From assembly GCF_006345805.1 (NCBI RefSeq), contig NC_042997.1, forward strand, positions 61,008,001 through 61,072,000: a stretch of DNA of 64,000 nt, given 5' to 3'. The stretch comes from Octopus sinensis. Its lineage: Eukaryota. A program made the position numbers and the translations under genes. The notes beneath the pieces were generated by a model. That model worked only from the letters and a program-made list of their open reading frames with translations, was not told the DNA's origin and made no database searches. Below, piece by piece: positions 1 through 12,329 of the stretch; positions within the stretch are counted from its first letter, which is position 1, and each line of letters begins with the position of its first letter.

Positions 1-63
1 TGTAAAAGTAATAATATAATATAATGAAATTATCGTATACAGTGCTCAGGTGCACTACAACTT
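1..63 (-). mobile_element. 3' tail of a dispersed non-LTR retroelement/SINE ending in (TTA)n
   Basis: Reverse complement of the tail ...ttgtggtgcacctgagcactgtatacaataatttcattatta also seen at 20595-20645 and 58785-58836. Confidence 0.7.
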
Positions 64-71
64 GCCACCAC

Positions 72-230
72 CTCTTCAGTTATCCGGCCATCGGGAAAAA
101 TGCCTTTACATTTTTTCCGATGGCCAGATAACTGAAGAGATAGCAACGTGGATTTCCACCTCGGCATCCGAAACTCGGAGTTTTATCATGGCTACCGAAT
201 AATTGTCACATATTACTATTACACACACAC
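72..230 (+). mobile_element. Penelope-like pseudo-LTR remnant with short inverted partial copy
   Basis: 31-bp inverted arms 72-102/109-139 overlapping a hammerhead motif; ends in a (CA)n/(TA)n tract. Confidence 0.55.
121..193 (+). ncRNA. Type I hammerhead ribozyme (slightly degenerate)
   Basis: Stem I TGGCCAGATAA/TTATC(A)TGGCTA; CTGAAGA 132-138; imperfect stem II with inner GTGGA/TCCAC hairpin; GAAA 170-173; stem III ACT-CGG-AGT; GUU site, cleavage after 182. Confidence 0.65.
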
Positions 231-289
231 ACACACACACATATATATACATAAGAGCGTTGTAGTTTGCTTGAAGTATTGTAGTACAG

Positions 290-416
290 AAGAAGGTAAA
301 AAGAGAGAAAATTGAAAGCTTCTGACAAAGTGGAAAGTTTAATTAAACCTTTGTAAGGTTTTATTAAACTTTCCACATTGTCAGAAGCTTTCTATTTTCT
401 TTCATCTTACCTTCTT
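290..416. repeat. Imperfect fold-back hairpin, about 60-bp arms
   Basis: aagaaggtaa...gaaagcttctgacaaagtggaaagtttaattaaacctt / aaggttttattaaactttccacattgtcagaagctttc...ttaccttctt. Confidence 0.85.
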
Positions 417-435
417 ATATATATAAATAGAATGT

Positions 436-720
436 GTGAAGGTGCATGACTTAGTGGTTAGGGTGTTGCACTCACAATTGCAAAATCATGATTTTGATTA
501 CCAGACTGGGTGTTACATTGTGTTCTTGAACAAAACATTTCATTTCATGTTGCTCTGCGATCAATTCATCATTTGACTTGTGGCATGTGATGCACCTGTG
601 CAGGTAATGTCAATTTGATGGAGGTGGGGAGTGAGCTTATGTGAGTAAAAATACATTTGATCACTATAAACATCTGTGTAGTTGTTCAGCAAGAAATTGC
701 AGAACCCTCATATGTAGTCT
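436..720 (+). mobile_element. tRNA-derived SINE (diverged)
   Basis: Head gaaggtgcatgacttagtggttag then ttgtgttcttgaacaaaacatttcattt; homologous to 9550-9775 and 63629-63972. Confidence 0.7.
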
Positions 721-1469
721 TACAGTGGGAGTATCCGTGATATATATATATACACACACACATTTGTATGTATATATGTGTTTATATATAAAACAAATAA
801 GAGTATCTTAAATAACACACAAAATAAAAATCTAAATCTATTGAAATTGTCTCTCCTTCAATGAAAGGTAGATGTATCACTTGGTGGCAATTAGTACCAA
901 TTTTAAATGAGAAGGTGATATAACACCAAGAATCAGGAATTCTCTAAAATTGACATAGCATTAAGGGAAAAACTGTGTAATTTAACAATCAGATAAGAGG
1001 ACAGCCTCAGTAAGTGTTGTCAGCACAGCATTTATTCTACCTTATCTCAAAAGCAGAGGATCACATTTATGGCCTAGGTAATTTGCATAAATAAAATGAA
1101 AATGAGCTAAGAGAAATAACTCAGAGTGGTCAGTGACATATGTTTGATCAACAGACAAATATGGGTATATTTGATCTTAATACAACATAAATTCTTGAGT
1201 TACTGAAATTATATCTACTTCTAGAGAAGGTAGACCACTCATTTGGTGATATTTGGAACTGGTGCTCATTGTTACCAAGTGATTGCTCCATTCTCTCTAC
1301 AAGTAGAGATAATTTCAATGAAGAATTTTTTTCTTCTATATTAATTAATACAGCCTTATGTTGACATACACAAACACAGTTGCAAAGAGAGAAGACAAAT
1401 TCATAATTTTAAAGTTGGAAAATTAAAAAGAAACATAATATTTAGTTTTTGATGTACTAATACATGGGC

Positions 1470-1692
1470 AACAGTTCCTTCCCAAATCATATAGACCATA
1501 GGACTGATTTTCGAGTTTCTGCAGGATATATGTTCTCCATGGGAACATATATGCCAGTCCATTGCAGAAATTCTCACCATTGCTAGCTAAGTGGACTGCT
1601 CAAGCACATAACACATTGCTCAGACTGTGAATTAAAACTACAATCTTACAATTATGAGTCCAACACATTAACCACTAAACCACATGCCTTCC
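1470..1692 (-). mobile_element. tRNA-derived SINE (diverged)
   Basis: Minus-strand head gggaaggcatgtggtttagtggttaatgtgttggactc. Confidence 0.55.
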
Positions 1693-1749
1693 CTCATGTG
1701 CAACATATAAATTATATACAAACAGAACTTTGTTGTTAGGTCTAATTAA

Positions 1750-3130
1750 ATTTTTTTTAAATGGTGAAGTGTGTCTGTGACATTTGCAGGACTTCTAGGT
1801 TAGTGAGGTTGATGTTTTTGGTGCTAATATTGAAGTTCTGCAGGCTAGAGATGAGCAATATAGCAAGCAGGCTTACATACCAGACATGATCAGAGATTTT
1901 GCATATATCAAGTATAACAATATTTTTTCCCAAACTTTTCCCATACCACTGCTGAATGACATGAGCAAATTACCAGGTTCTATAGATAATCACTGAAGAA
2001 GGAGAGAGAGGCCTAGAGTGATGAAAGAAGTTACTGTTAACAACTGTTGACATCACCTTTGAAATACAGAAAGTAAGAATAAGTCAGTAGTTTTCAGGAT
2101 CAACAAAATTGCTCTTCATGGAATTAAGATATACCAAAACATGTCAACTGTAAAGAGAATGATAGAGATTATAGAATTAGGCAAGAATAAAAGTTAGCTC
2201 TTGTGGGCATTGTTGAAGTTTGGCAATTGTTTACCTTGCTGGGTTAGAGTGATCAATGAAGTTTTTTCACTTGGGAATGAGAACTGTTTAAGATAGTAGT
2301 GGAACTGGTGCAGATGATGATTGACTGAGAGGTGGTAGAGTTTGAAAATTGTGCCATCCCCAAATAAACCATTTTCTTCTCTGATATTACTACTGAGAGT
2401 AGTGGATGACTTTCTTCAGGAATTGTAGGCAGTATTATTTGCCTATTTTCTTTTCTAATCTAGGCACAAGGCCCGAAATTTTGGGGGAGGGGGCTAGTTG
2501 ATTAGATTGACTCCAGTACACAACTGGTACTTAATTTATCGACCCCAAAAGAATGAAAGGCAAAGTCGACCATGGCAGAATTTGAACTCAGAACATAGCA
2601 TACTGAAAGCATTTCACCCGAAAGCATTTGCTAACATTTCTGCCAGCTCGCTGAGTGAGAATAGAGGTAAAACAAGAGGTTGTGTATATCAAAGTCTCAT
2701 AAGAATAATGTGTTCAGCAAGAAGTAAGGTAAGATGTGTTAAAATTAGAAAATGAGAGGATAAAATAGCTTATGGTTATTTGAAGAGTTTGATTAGAAAC
2801 TTAAAGGAATAGGGTCGACAGATTTAAAGCCTGAATTATGAATTACAGAACTCTTGCCAAAACCCATGTGTGTGAGATGAGTGGGAAGAGCGGATTCTGT
2901 ACAAGTACTGATACTGCCCTTAAAAACAAAGTTAATCTGCATTGTGTGGCCAGGAATTGGAGATTAGTATGTCAGAGAGAAAGATGTATGGTTTAAGTAT
3001 GAGTTGGAGGTGGTGGGTGGGTCCAAGTTGAAACAAAGTGTAACAACTTGTGCATAGGGATAATAGTCCAGTAGATTTATCATTATACTGATTTGGTTTC
3101 AGAGTTTCATTCATGGTAGAACTCATAAAT
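1750..3130 (-). mobile_element. Highly decayed LINE (CR1/Jockey-like endonuclease region)
   Basis: Purine-biased decayed coding-like sequence with residual GD-containing APE-like motif; no open frame; interrupted by a SINE. Confidence 0.3.
2452..2652 (-). mobile_element. SINE, abundant family A (aaggcggcgagctggcag... head)
   Basis: aggcacaaggcccgaaattttggggg...gaaaggcaaagtcgac...tttgaactcagaac...ctgccagctcg; at least 10 homologs in window. Confidence 0.85.
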
Positions 3131-3264
3131 TACTGTTAACTACTAATTCAATCTATATCAGTAGATGAGTTAGAAATATATGGATACAAGTAGGTTTCTT
3201 CAAATCCTGTGCATGCTGTGCACCTGTCACAGACTGGGGATTATATTTTCTTTTCTTTTTTTCT

Positions 3265-3461
3265 TTTACCTTTTACTTGTTTTGGTTATTAGTCTGTGGC
3301 CATGTGGGAGGACCGCCTTGAAGAATTTTAGTTGAACGAATTGACCTCAGTACTTATTTTTTCAAACCTAGTACTTATTCTATTGGGCATCTTTTGCCAA
3401 ACCACTACATTACATGGTCATAAACACCCCACCACTGGTTGTCAAGTGGTGGTGGGGGACA

Positions 3462-3529
<68 letters not shown>

Positions 3530-3545
3530 CACACTCATACAGACA
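3265..3545 (+). mobile_element. Dispersed repeat (family B) ending in long (CA)n
   Basis: gaccgccttgaag...gacctcagtactta...ggtggtgggggacaaaaacac; homologs near 44690-44870 and 48840-49030 (-). Confidence 0.7.
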
Positions 3546-4416
3546 CACAAACACACATGTGCATACACATGTATACATATGCACATGCATCAATGTATAT
3601 ATAATATGCATGTTTATGTATGAGTGTATCTCTCTTTGTTTGGAAATCTCACATCACACATCTGTGACCACTTCAGCAACCATTACTATCACTGAAGAGG
3701 CTACAAATACGCTACGAAAGTTTTCCAAACAATGGACTTACAATAAAATAAGAACAGTAATAAATGAGTGAAGAATGAATGTATAATGCATGTGTTTATT
3801 TGGCAAAAAGAAAAAAATGACCCTCCCAGAATATAACAATATCTGTTTAATCACACAGTTTCACATCAGGAATCTTGCAACACAAATTCATAAACATATA
3901 TATATATTTATACTTGAATATTCATTGTCTGAAAATGTTCAATCTTTTTTTTCTCTTCATTTACATGTATACATGTATATATATTTTGTACATAAAACCT
4001 GAGCAGTTTTATTTGTTCATGTAGTATTAATTTCAGTGAGGAAGAAATTATGCTTTCAAATATGTATTAATATGTATGCTCAGCATTTTACAATACAACT
4101 GATGATCACAAGTCAATGGATATAAAGACAGCAAGCTCATGAGATCACCATACCATCATGATTATACTAATAACCAGCTTGTGTGTGTGTGTGTGTGTGT
4201 GTGTGTTCTTGTTTTACTGTCCCCTTACCTTGACATCAGGTACTAGTTGTAAGCAAGTGCCACAGTCATGCAAGAGATGTTCTTTGTTTACAATATCCCA
4301 CCTAATGATGCCTGGGCATGCTGAAATTTTACCTTGCTTGAAAGTAAATGAAGGTTGGTGTCAGAAACGGCATCCAGCTATACAAAATCTGTTTGATCCA
4401 TGTAAGTATGGAAAGT

Positions 4417-4423
4417 GGATGTT

Positions 4424-4515
<92 letters not shown>
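4417..4515. repeat. Compound (CA)n(TA)n microsatellite
   Basis: Directly visible; left flank of the PLE fold-back. Confidence 0.95.
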
Positions 4516-4517
<2 letters not shown>

Positions 4518-4545
4518 AGAAAAAAGCAACAAAAATGGATCAATA

Positions 4546-4635
4546 TTTTGGTACAATTGTTTCGTACGAAGACCACCTTTATTAAGGCTGCAAATATTGC
4601 AGCAAATACACGTGACCCGTACTCATCAGCCAAAA
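4546..4635 (-). ncRNA. Type I hammerhead ribozyme, extended stem II (mirror copy)
   Basis: Minus strand: TTTTGG-CTGATGA-GTACG...CGTAC-GAAA-CAATTG-TA-CCAAAA. Confidence 0.85.
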
Positions 4636-5393
4636 AAACATCTGAGTTCTCAAAACATCTAAGGGGGTGAGGCTACACTCATGAAACATTCGGGATAGTT
4701 CTATAAAAATCAGATTTAGATAATAAACAGACATCCAAAGTTCTTTAATGTTGCACAGTCAAATAACAGGCTTTAAAAAAGTATTTTAAAAAACCTCTTA
4801 GTTTCACAGAAATTGAAAATGTAAATCCATCCATAATAATGAAGAATGTTTGAATTCTGGAGATATGAGGAGAGATTTCATACTCACAGATGATGTATTT
4901 ATCCATAATTAGTTCATAATAAAGTGGGTTTCCTGATGTATGATGGTATGCTGGTTGCATTTCTGATCATTTCTCAAAACTGCTATGTTAGAATTTGTTG
5001 AAGGAAATTTAGTGGAGCTAAATTTCCTTCAACAAATTCTAACATAGCAGTTTTGAGAAATGATCAGAAATGCAACCAGCATACCATCATACATCAGGAA
5101 ACCCACTTTATTATGAACTAATTATGGATAAATACATCATCTGTGAGTATGAAATCTCTCCTCATATCTCCAGAATTCAAACATTCTTCATTATTATGGA
5201 TGGATTTACATTTTCAATTTCTGTGAAACTAAGAGGTTTTTTAAAATACTTTTTTAAAGCCTGTTATTTGACTGTGCAACATTAATGAAGTTTGGATGTC
5301 CGTTTATTATCTAAATCTGATTTTTATAGAACTATCCCGAATGTTTCATGAGTGTAGCCTCACCCCCTTAGATGTTTTGAGAACTCAGATGTT

Positions 5394-5483
5394 TTTCGGC
5401 TGATGAGTACGGGTCACGTGTATTTGCTGCAATATTTGCAGCCTTAATAAAGGTGGTCTTCGTACGAAACAATTGTACCGAAA
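5394..5483 (+). ncRNA. Type I hammerhead ribozyme, extended stem II
   Basis: TTTCGG(5394-99)-CTGATGA(5400-06)-GTACG...CGTAC(5461-65)-GAAA-CAATTG-TA-CCGAAA; all core nucleotides canonical; GUA cleavage after 5477. Confidence 0.88.
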
Positions 5484-5659
5484 TATTGATCCATTTTTGT
5501 TGATTTTTTCTTGCTTATAATCACCCCGCATTATCTTATGGTTAATACCATATAGATTTCTGGTGCATCTAAGTTAAGTACCTCATTCATGTGAATTCAA
5601 CAGAACTCACTTGAATCTTAATTACTTTTATATATATACATATATATATATATATACAT

Positions 5660-6685
5660 ATATAAGGTATAAGGTAAACTATATGACGCATGTGTACGAA
5701 CAGCCATGCTGCATGGCAGTGAAACATGGGCTGTGACTGCTGAGGACATGTGTAAGCTCACAAGGAATGAAGCCAGTATGCACCGATGGATGTGTGCATA
5801 CTCGACAAAGTGTAAGTACCTTGAGAGAAAAGCTGGACCTAAGAAGCATCAGATGTGGTGGGCAAGAGAGACGACTGTGCTGGTATGGTCATGTGGCGAG
5901 AATGGATGAGGATAGCTGTGTGAAAAAGTGCCACACCCTAGTAGTTGATGGAACCTGTGGAAGAGGTAAACCCAGGAAGACCTGGGATGAAGTGGTGAAG
6001 CATGACCTATGATCATTAGGCGTCACTGAGGCAATGACTAGTGACTGAGACCTTTGGAAATATGCTGTGTGTGAGAAGACCTGACAAGCCAATGGAGACC
6101 ATAACCTGTGGCCTATGCCAGGGGTGTAACCAGCCCACTTATGTGTACCTTTCCTTCATTGGACACTAAACTCTGCTTGCAAAGACCTGTTGAGGCAAGT
6201 GAAATCGAAATCAAATCCAATTCACTAATTCGATGACTGGCACCCATGCTAGTGGAGTGCTAAAAGCACCATCAGAGCGTGATCACTGCCAAAGCATCTG
6301 ACTGGCTTCCATGCCAGTGGTACGTAAAAAGCACCATTGAAACATGATTGTTACCAGCATCGCCTTACTGGTACTTGTGTCAGTGGCACATGGAAAACAT
6401 TTGAGCAAAGTCATTGCCAGTGCTGCTGGACTGGCTCCTGTGCAAGTGGTGCGTAAAAAACACCACTTGAGTGTGGCCATTGCCAGTACTGCCTGACTGG
6501 CCCTCATGCCGGTGGCATGTAAAAGCACCCACTACACTCTCGGAGTGGTTGGTGTTAGGAAGGGCATCCAGCTGTAGAAACTATGCTAGATAAGATTGGA
6601 GCCTGGTGCAGCCATCTGGTTCGCCAGTCCTCAGTCAAATCATCTAAACCATGCTAGCATGGAAAGCGGATGTTAAATGATGACT
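5660..6685 (+). mobile_element. RTE-clade LINE, 5'-truncated 3' end
   Basis: Frameshifted C-terminal ORF (MLHGSETWAVT..., RLCWYGHVARM..., GRGKPRKTWDEVV), 3' UTR and ccatgctagcatggaaagcgg...gatga tail. Confidence 0.92.
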
Positions 6686-8942
6686 ATGATGATATATATT
6701 ACATGGATGATATATTTAATAGAGATGTTACAACCACATCTGAGTGTTCAAGTGCTTCAATTCTGTATGTGTACATACATTTACTCAATTGCTCATATTT
6801 ATCAGTGATTTCAATACCCAGGTGTGTGTGTGTGTGTGTGTCTTTGCATGTGTGTATATGAGAGAGAGAGAAAGAGAGAGAGAGAGAAAGAGGGAGAGAG
6901 AAGAACTAATGGTGTTAGAAGTAATTTTTAGTGATTCTCAAGAAAAATAAAAAAGAAATATGAACTCAGTGAGATATGAGGGATATCAGTAAATGTTATA
7001 AAGCATTTTGTTAAGTGTTATAAAATTTCCACCTGTTCAACAGTCTAGAAGGTTGAATGACAATAAAATCAGCCATTGAGTGAGTTTTCTATGTGTCATT
7101 AAGATTTTAGAAATACCAGCTGAATATTACTTAAATCACGTTCTACTGTCTCAAGAGAGGAAGGGCATATAACACTAACTGCATCTTAAGAAAAGACAGA
7201 ATAATCAATGCTGGAATGTGTTTGATGATACACTTGCTTTATCAAAGTAGGCCTGGGGCTAAATAACAATAGATAATATCAAAGACACTCTTGATAGCTC
7301 CTTTACAACTGGTTACTAATAATGGACAAAGAAGGAACAATTTATCTATTATGAGGTTTTAGATATCTTGATATTTTCAAAATATTGACTTCAAAACAGA
7401 AATGATTTAATGCTAGACTAAACAAATAAATAAGTGGCCTAATTAAGTTTAGTGTTGAAATTCTGCAGTGAATTATTTAAGTTTTATTTCTAGAGTCAAT
7501 AAAATAAAATTATAAAATGCAAACAATAATATAACAGCTTAACATAGCATACTGGGTTGTTGTTAAAAAAACCTGAACCATATTTAAGCGAATGAATTGA
7601 GTTAAGAACATAAAAGACTAACTTTCTGCCAAAATTCTGCTAGCAAACTTACAAGTTATGAGAATCTAATACAGTAAATATCAAGCTTAAAAACCATAAA
7701 TCTAAGTAAACTTGTATTTCAAATAGAAAAAAAATGAAGCTTACATTTAATTGAATAATCAGTACATTAATATTAATACTTATGCAACCCTCAAATTAAA
7801 ATAAATTTATATTCCAAACAGAAAAAAGGAGAAAAACTTTAGCTATTATTAATTATTATTTGCTTGTTTTAAATAAATAAAAAAACTAATAATCTTTTTA
7901 TAAAAAGTATACACTGATATCTTCATATTACAGACTAAAGGCTATTCATCTTTAAGCTTTGAAGAAGGTCCCCTTCTTTTTTTATTTCCATAATTATTGA
8001 CATTGAATGACAAAAAATAATCCTCGTTTATGAACAGCTGACCATGAAAACTGTTATATAAATGGTGAAAAAGATGCAATGCAAAATGATGATACCTAAA
8101 ATCACAAATATCACAATAGCTTTTCTCAAAATCATCTTTAATCATGTAGAAAATTATAGAAGCATTATTCTAATCTAGTTCATGAAGCTAACATAATGGG
8201 TAAATTTCTGAGGCAAGCAGATAGATATGGTTAGCCTAATTCTGAGATTTAGTATATCTGTCCTCTTTCTAAATCCAAAGAAAGATTCCATAAAAATTTT
8301 CTTTTACAAATACATTTCTTGTAATTATGTTTTTATAGAGCTTCTCTTCTCACTTTTAGTTTCTTGTTCAACTCAAAACTTTTCTTCTCATTCCTATCCA
8401 CAACCCAATTTGAGAACTGTCAATTTAAAATTCTCTTTTATGCTGAGCACCTCAAGCCACAAATAACCAGATTTCTAGTATTCAATAAAATGCAAAAATG
8501 AATAATTTATAAATATGATTCAATAATAAAAAAGTTATGCTAGCATGGAAAGCGGACGTTAAACAATGATCATGCATAAAAAATCCATATAATTCCTTGC
8601 TGTTTTACGTTAAGAAGAATGATAATTAATGAAAATACAGAAAGAATGAATAAGTTACATATTTCCATTAATTAGATCAGCTGTCTTTCTAATATTTATT
8701 ATCCTGAAATTTAAATATATCATTCATTGTCTATTAATATATTGAAGTTATCAATATTGTAAAAATATTTTTTAACCTTCTGTCATTAAATCAGAAATAT
8801 CTTTCAGTAAATCTTTGAACAATACAAAGAAGATTGGAGTGAATATGGTCTTTAAAACCAGGCAGGAAGGCAAAGGACATATTTCAGTCTCATTAGACCT
8901 ACTCAGTAAGGCATATACTACTTGTCTGGCAAGACTAATAGG

Positions 8943-8987
<45 letters not shown>

Positions 8988-9549
8988 AAGAGAGAATGTG
9001 GGAAAGAGAGGCAGGGTAATGATGCTGATTATGAATATCAGCAGTATGCCCGAAGGAAACTATGTAAAGAAAGTATTCTGTGTACTATTTACAAATACAG
9101 TAGTATCTCACCTATGTAATAATAATACAGTAGGTTGAGAAAAACTTTGATTTCCATGAGTAATCTTAGTCAAGTAAAGTTTTTAAATTTACGTATATGA
9201 GGACCTATCATATTTGTATTGAGTATGCAGAATACTCCTCTAAGGTATTTTCCTTCAACCATAATTCTGTATGTATAACATATATTTACATGGTTTCCAT
9301 CAATCAAATTCATTCACAAAGCATTGGTTGGCCTGGAGCTATAGCAAAAGACATTTACTCAAAATCCCATGCAGTAGAACTGAACTTGAAGCCACATGGT
9401 TGCAAAGCAAGCCTCTTAACCACAGAGCCATGCCTACATTAGTATGCTTCATTTTTGGAGTCACAGTGACATGCAAAATTATATTTAAACTTCATTAAAA
9501 ATTGGTTTAGTCATTTCAAAATCACTTATGGTTTAAAAATGACTAATAC

Positions 9550-9775
9550 ATGAAGGCACATGGCCTAGTGGTAAGGATGTTGCACTCAGGATTGTAAGAT
9601 CATAGTTTCTATCATCAGAGGAGACAGTGTGTTGTGTTCTTGACCAAAACATTTCATTTATGTTGCCCCAATCCACTCAGCTGTAAGTAAGTAATCCTGC
9701 AATGGACTGGCATCCCATTTAGAGCTAACGTTGTGATATCAGTCACTTACATGCCTTGGAAATGAGGTAGATGGC
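9550..9775 (+). mobile_element. tRNA-derived SINE (diverged)
   Basis: gaaggcacatggcctagtggtaagg head, gttgtgttcttgaccaaaacatttc, cactcagctgta. Confidence 0.7.
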
Positions 9776-10068
9776 CCCATGAATCTTAGGACAGTACTTA
9801 CTTTACATCTAATATATATCTTTATTCCTTTCTAAAATACAACAAACAAGATCCAAATTAATGTCTTTATCTTCAGAAATACTTGTAAACAGACACTAAA
9901 TTTAATGTTTTTGTCACAAGCTAATATCTTACTAATTAAATAAATAAGACTTAAATGCACAACCAATACTATTCCTCAAGCGAAGAAAAAAGTGCTGCTA
10001 CTATTTCTCTTTTAATGACAGAACACTTTAAAAATAAACAAGTTTGGAAATGACTTTAGCTGACTTAC

Positions 10069-10115
10069 CTGACCTGCATCAAGAAAATAACTGAAGCTTC
10101 AAATTTCGTACTTAC
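10069..10115 (-). other. Candidate 47-nt exon / recursive-splice-type exon
   Basis: Minus strand tttattgatttctttttAG|GTAAGT...GTCAG|GTAAGT: strong acceptor, exon begins with a perfect donor motif and ends at a second perfect donor. Confidence 0.4.
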
Positions 10116-11187
10116 CTAAAAAGAAATCAATAAATACATATCAATAATTCTAGTTTAATATTGAGTTTCAATGATATTTCTGTCATATATGTGTATGTCA
10201 TATATATATATATATAATGCTGAAGATATGCTAAGTAAAGTTTAGAGAAATATTGCACAGAGAAACTTCATTTCCCTGCTTGACTAATGAAGAGTGAACA
10301 CAAGGAAATATGAAATAGCATTGACTTCTGTAGGCCAAATTATTAAAGAGAAAGGCTCTTGCATATTATTCATACTTATCTGATTCCAAAGATATTAGCA
10401 AATACAACATTAAAAAGATTTAAAATAGTTAACTAGTTACTGTATAAAATATTCATTTGAGAAGAGTCAGACATCTCTATTATCATCAATGTTTCATATT
10501 TCTGTTTCCATCTTGGCATGCATTAAGTATATTTGCATGATTGCATCATGCTTATCCTTTACCCTTGTTTGCTGAAAGTATATTTAAGATGCAAAACAAT
10601 TTCCACAAACTTAATATGCTCAAATTCAGCTATATAACTTGTTTTATTGTTAAACAATTTGACAAACATAGAAGTGAAAGAGTGGGATCAGTAGAGAGCC
10701 ATCTAGGGAAGGTGAAGAACCATTCATTAAATCTGAAAAATTATATGTAAAATTGAGCAAATATGAGTTAAGAATGTCGTGAAGGTATTGGCCATTATAT
10801 TTTGGAAGGATAGCTGCATTAATATGCTCACATAATATGAATGAACAAAAACATTTTTAATACATTTTCAATTCAACTGTAAAGATTTTAGCATTTTTAA
10901 TGTCATTTTGCATTTATGAACGATAACTTAAAGTAATATAATCTATCAATCATAACAAGGAAAGACATTACTTTTATTATGTGCAATATACTCTTTATTA
11001 CTGTTTGCATATTATGGAAAGGTAAAAATCCATAAAGAAAATATTCTTTTCTTATGAAAAGTCAGACATGAAACGAGGAAATGATATTTCTAGAAGCCCT
11101 CCAAAGATGGAAATCAATATTAGTATGTGTGAAAGCTTCTGAACTTTAAACTAAATTTCATGAATACTTTCATGAAGGAATTTCAAT

Positions 11188-11254
11188 ATGGTTGCTATGG
11201 TATTTTCATTTTGCGCTATTTTTAACCATTCTAGTGAAACAAGTATTATAACTA
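11188..11254 (+). CDS. Candidate first coding exon of unidentified gene (MVAMVFSFCAIFNHSSETSIIT)
   Basis: ATG after in-frame stop; phase-1 donor A|GTAAGA compatible with next candidate exon. Confidence 0.25.
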
Positions 11255-11818
11255 GTAAGAAACAAGTATTTGTACCTATTGTCATAAAATATGTAATTCT
11301 TCTAATCATCAAAAGCAATCTAAAAACAAAGCTTCTCTTTGTACAAGAACAAGCTATTAAAGCCAAATTTCAAAGAATTCTCTAAGCAAATGATAAAAAT
11401 AGCTCTCCACAATCTAGTTACTAGTTCTCACAGTTCTTTTCTTTTATCTACTTCTAATTTCTTTGTATGTAACCATGTCTAAATGATAACAAAGCCAGTT
11501 TAAAAATGAGAGACGATATTTATTTGAAGACAGAGAGGCTAACTAAACTTCCTATTTTCCACAGAATATAACTTAATTTTGAAGTAGCATTTCTTTCATG
11601 CTTAATAAAAAGAAAAGAAGCTGTTTTGTGAAACCTAACTTTAAAACCAAGTGATTTATTTCAAGTGTTTTATCTTTGTATCTTTTGCCATTATTAACAT
11701 TTGAACTGTTCACAAAGAGATACTATTCCACCTCTTATTTCTCATACAGCTTCATGTCTAGCAGCAGAATATTGTATCATTCTTTTATCAGTAATTTTTG
11801 GACTCTTATGATTTGCAG

Positions 11819-11869
11819 ATAAGAAAATGTGTGTTGATCAAATAATGAATATTCATAATAAACAGTTTT
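11819..11869 (+). CDS. Candidate internal exon, phase 1-1 (KKMCVDQIMNIHNKQF)
   Basis: Acceptor ...ctcttatgatttgcAG, donor T|GTAAGA, 51 nt, open frame. Confidence 0.35.
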
Positions 11870-12329
11870 GTAAGAGGGAGTACAAGATTTTCCTTCCAAA
11901 ATAAAATTATCTATATACTCAGAAAAGATTTAATTTAATAATAACTGATATTTAATTATTATTGTTAATGAAAAGTATAAGTTGTAATAACATTGAATCT
12001 TATATCAACAGACAAAAAATAAATAGGCAATAAGAACATGAAGAATATTTAAGAGTAAATTATGTAATAATAAAATGGCCATATTTGTATATCAGCATAA
12101 TGAAACATATTCATATGCATAGACAAGTATTTTTAATGAATTTTAGAGTACAGAATAATGCATCATGTCAAAGATTTTTTTCTAAATTAACAAATACAAA
12201 ATAGAATGGTTAATTTAAGATTTTAATGAACCTCAAAAATACAGCTGGTGATTTTACACTTTGTTTCAAACTCAAATGTCACCTCATCAAGACTAACCTA
12301 CCTGAAATAAGTTTGCTAAATCTCTGAAA

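Larger units (their letters stand above)
4516..5629 (+). mobile_element. Penelope-like element end: about 497-bp inverted pseudo-LTR pair
   Basis: Arms 4516-5012 and 5018-5513 with 5-nt loop TGGAG; each arm carries a hammerhead; right side continues to 5629 and ends in (TA)n; 5513-5600 is homologous to the element at 45131-45503. Confidence 0.75.

Noticed and set aside
315-352. CTGACAA-AGTG-GAAA as a hammerhead in the 290-416 hairpin
   Set aside because: No stem II pair, and no U opposite A15.1 or valid NUH site in either arm
3332-3771. ORFs rich in HT, CV or IY dipeptides (also 4158-4670, 13768-14278, 51684-52114, 54813-55102, 55945-56295)
   Set aside because: Translations of (CA)n, (TA)n and (TACA)n microsatellites, not proteins
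4745-5285. Two identical 71-aa ORFs (MQPAYHH...) on opposite strands
   Set aside because: Consequence of the inverted repeat; no recognisable domain
4516-5513. Fold-back as a sequencing or assembly chimera
   Set aside because: Arms differ by several substitutions and an indel (for example aaacagacatccaaagttctt vs aaacggacatccaaacttcat), indicating a real, aged duplication
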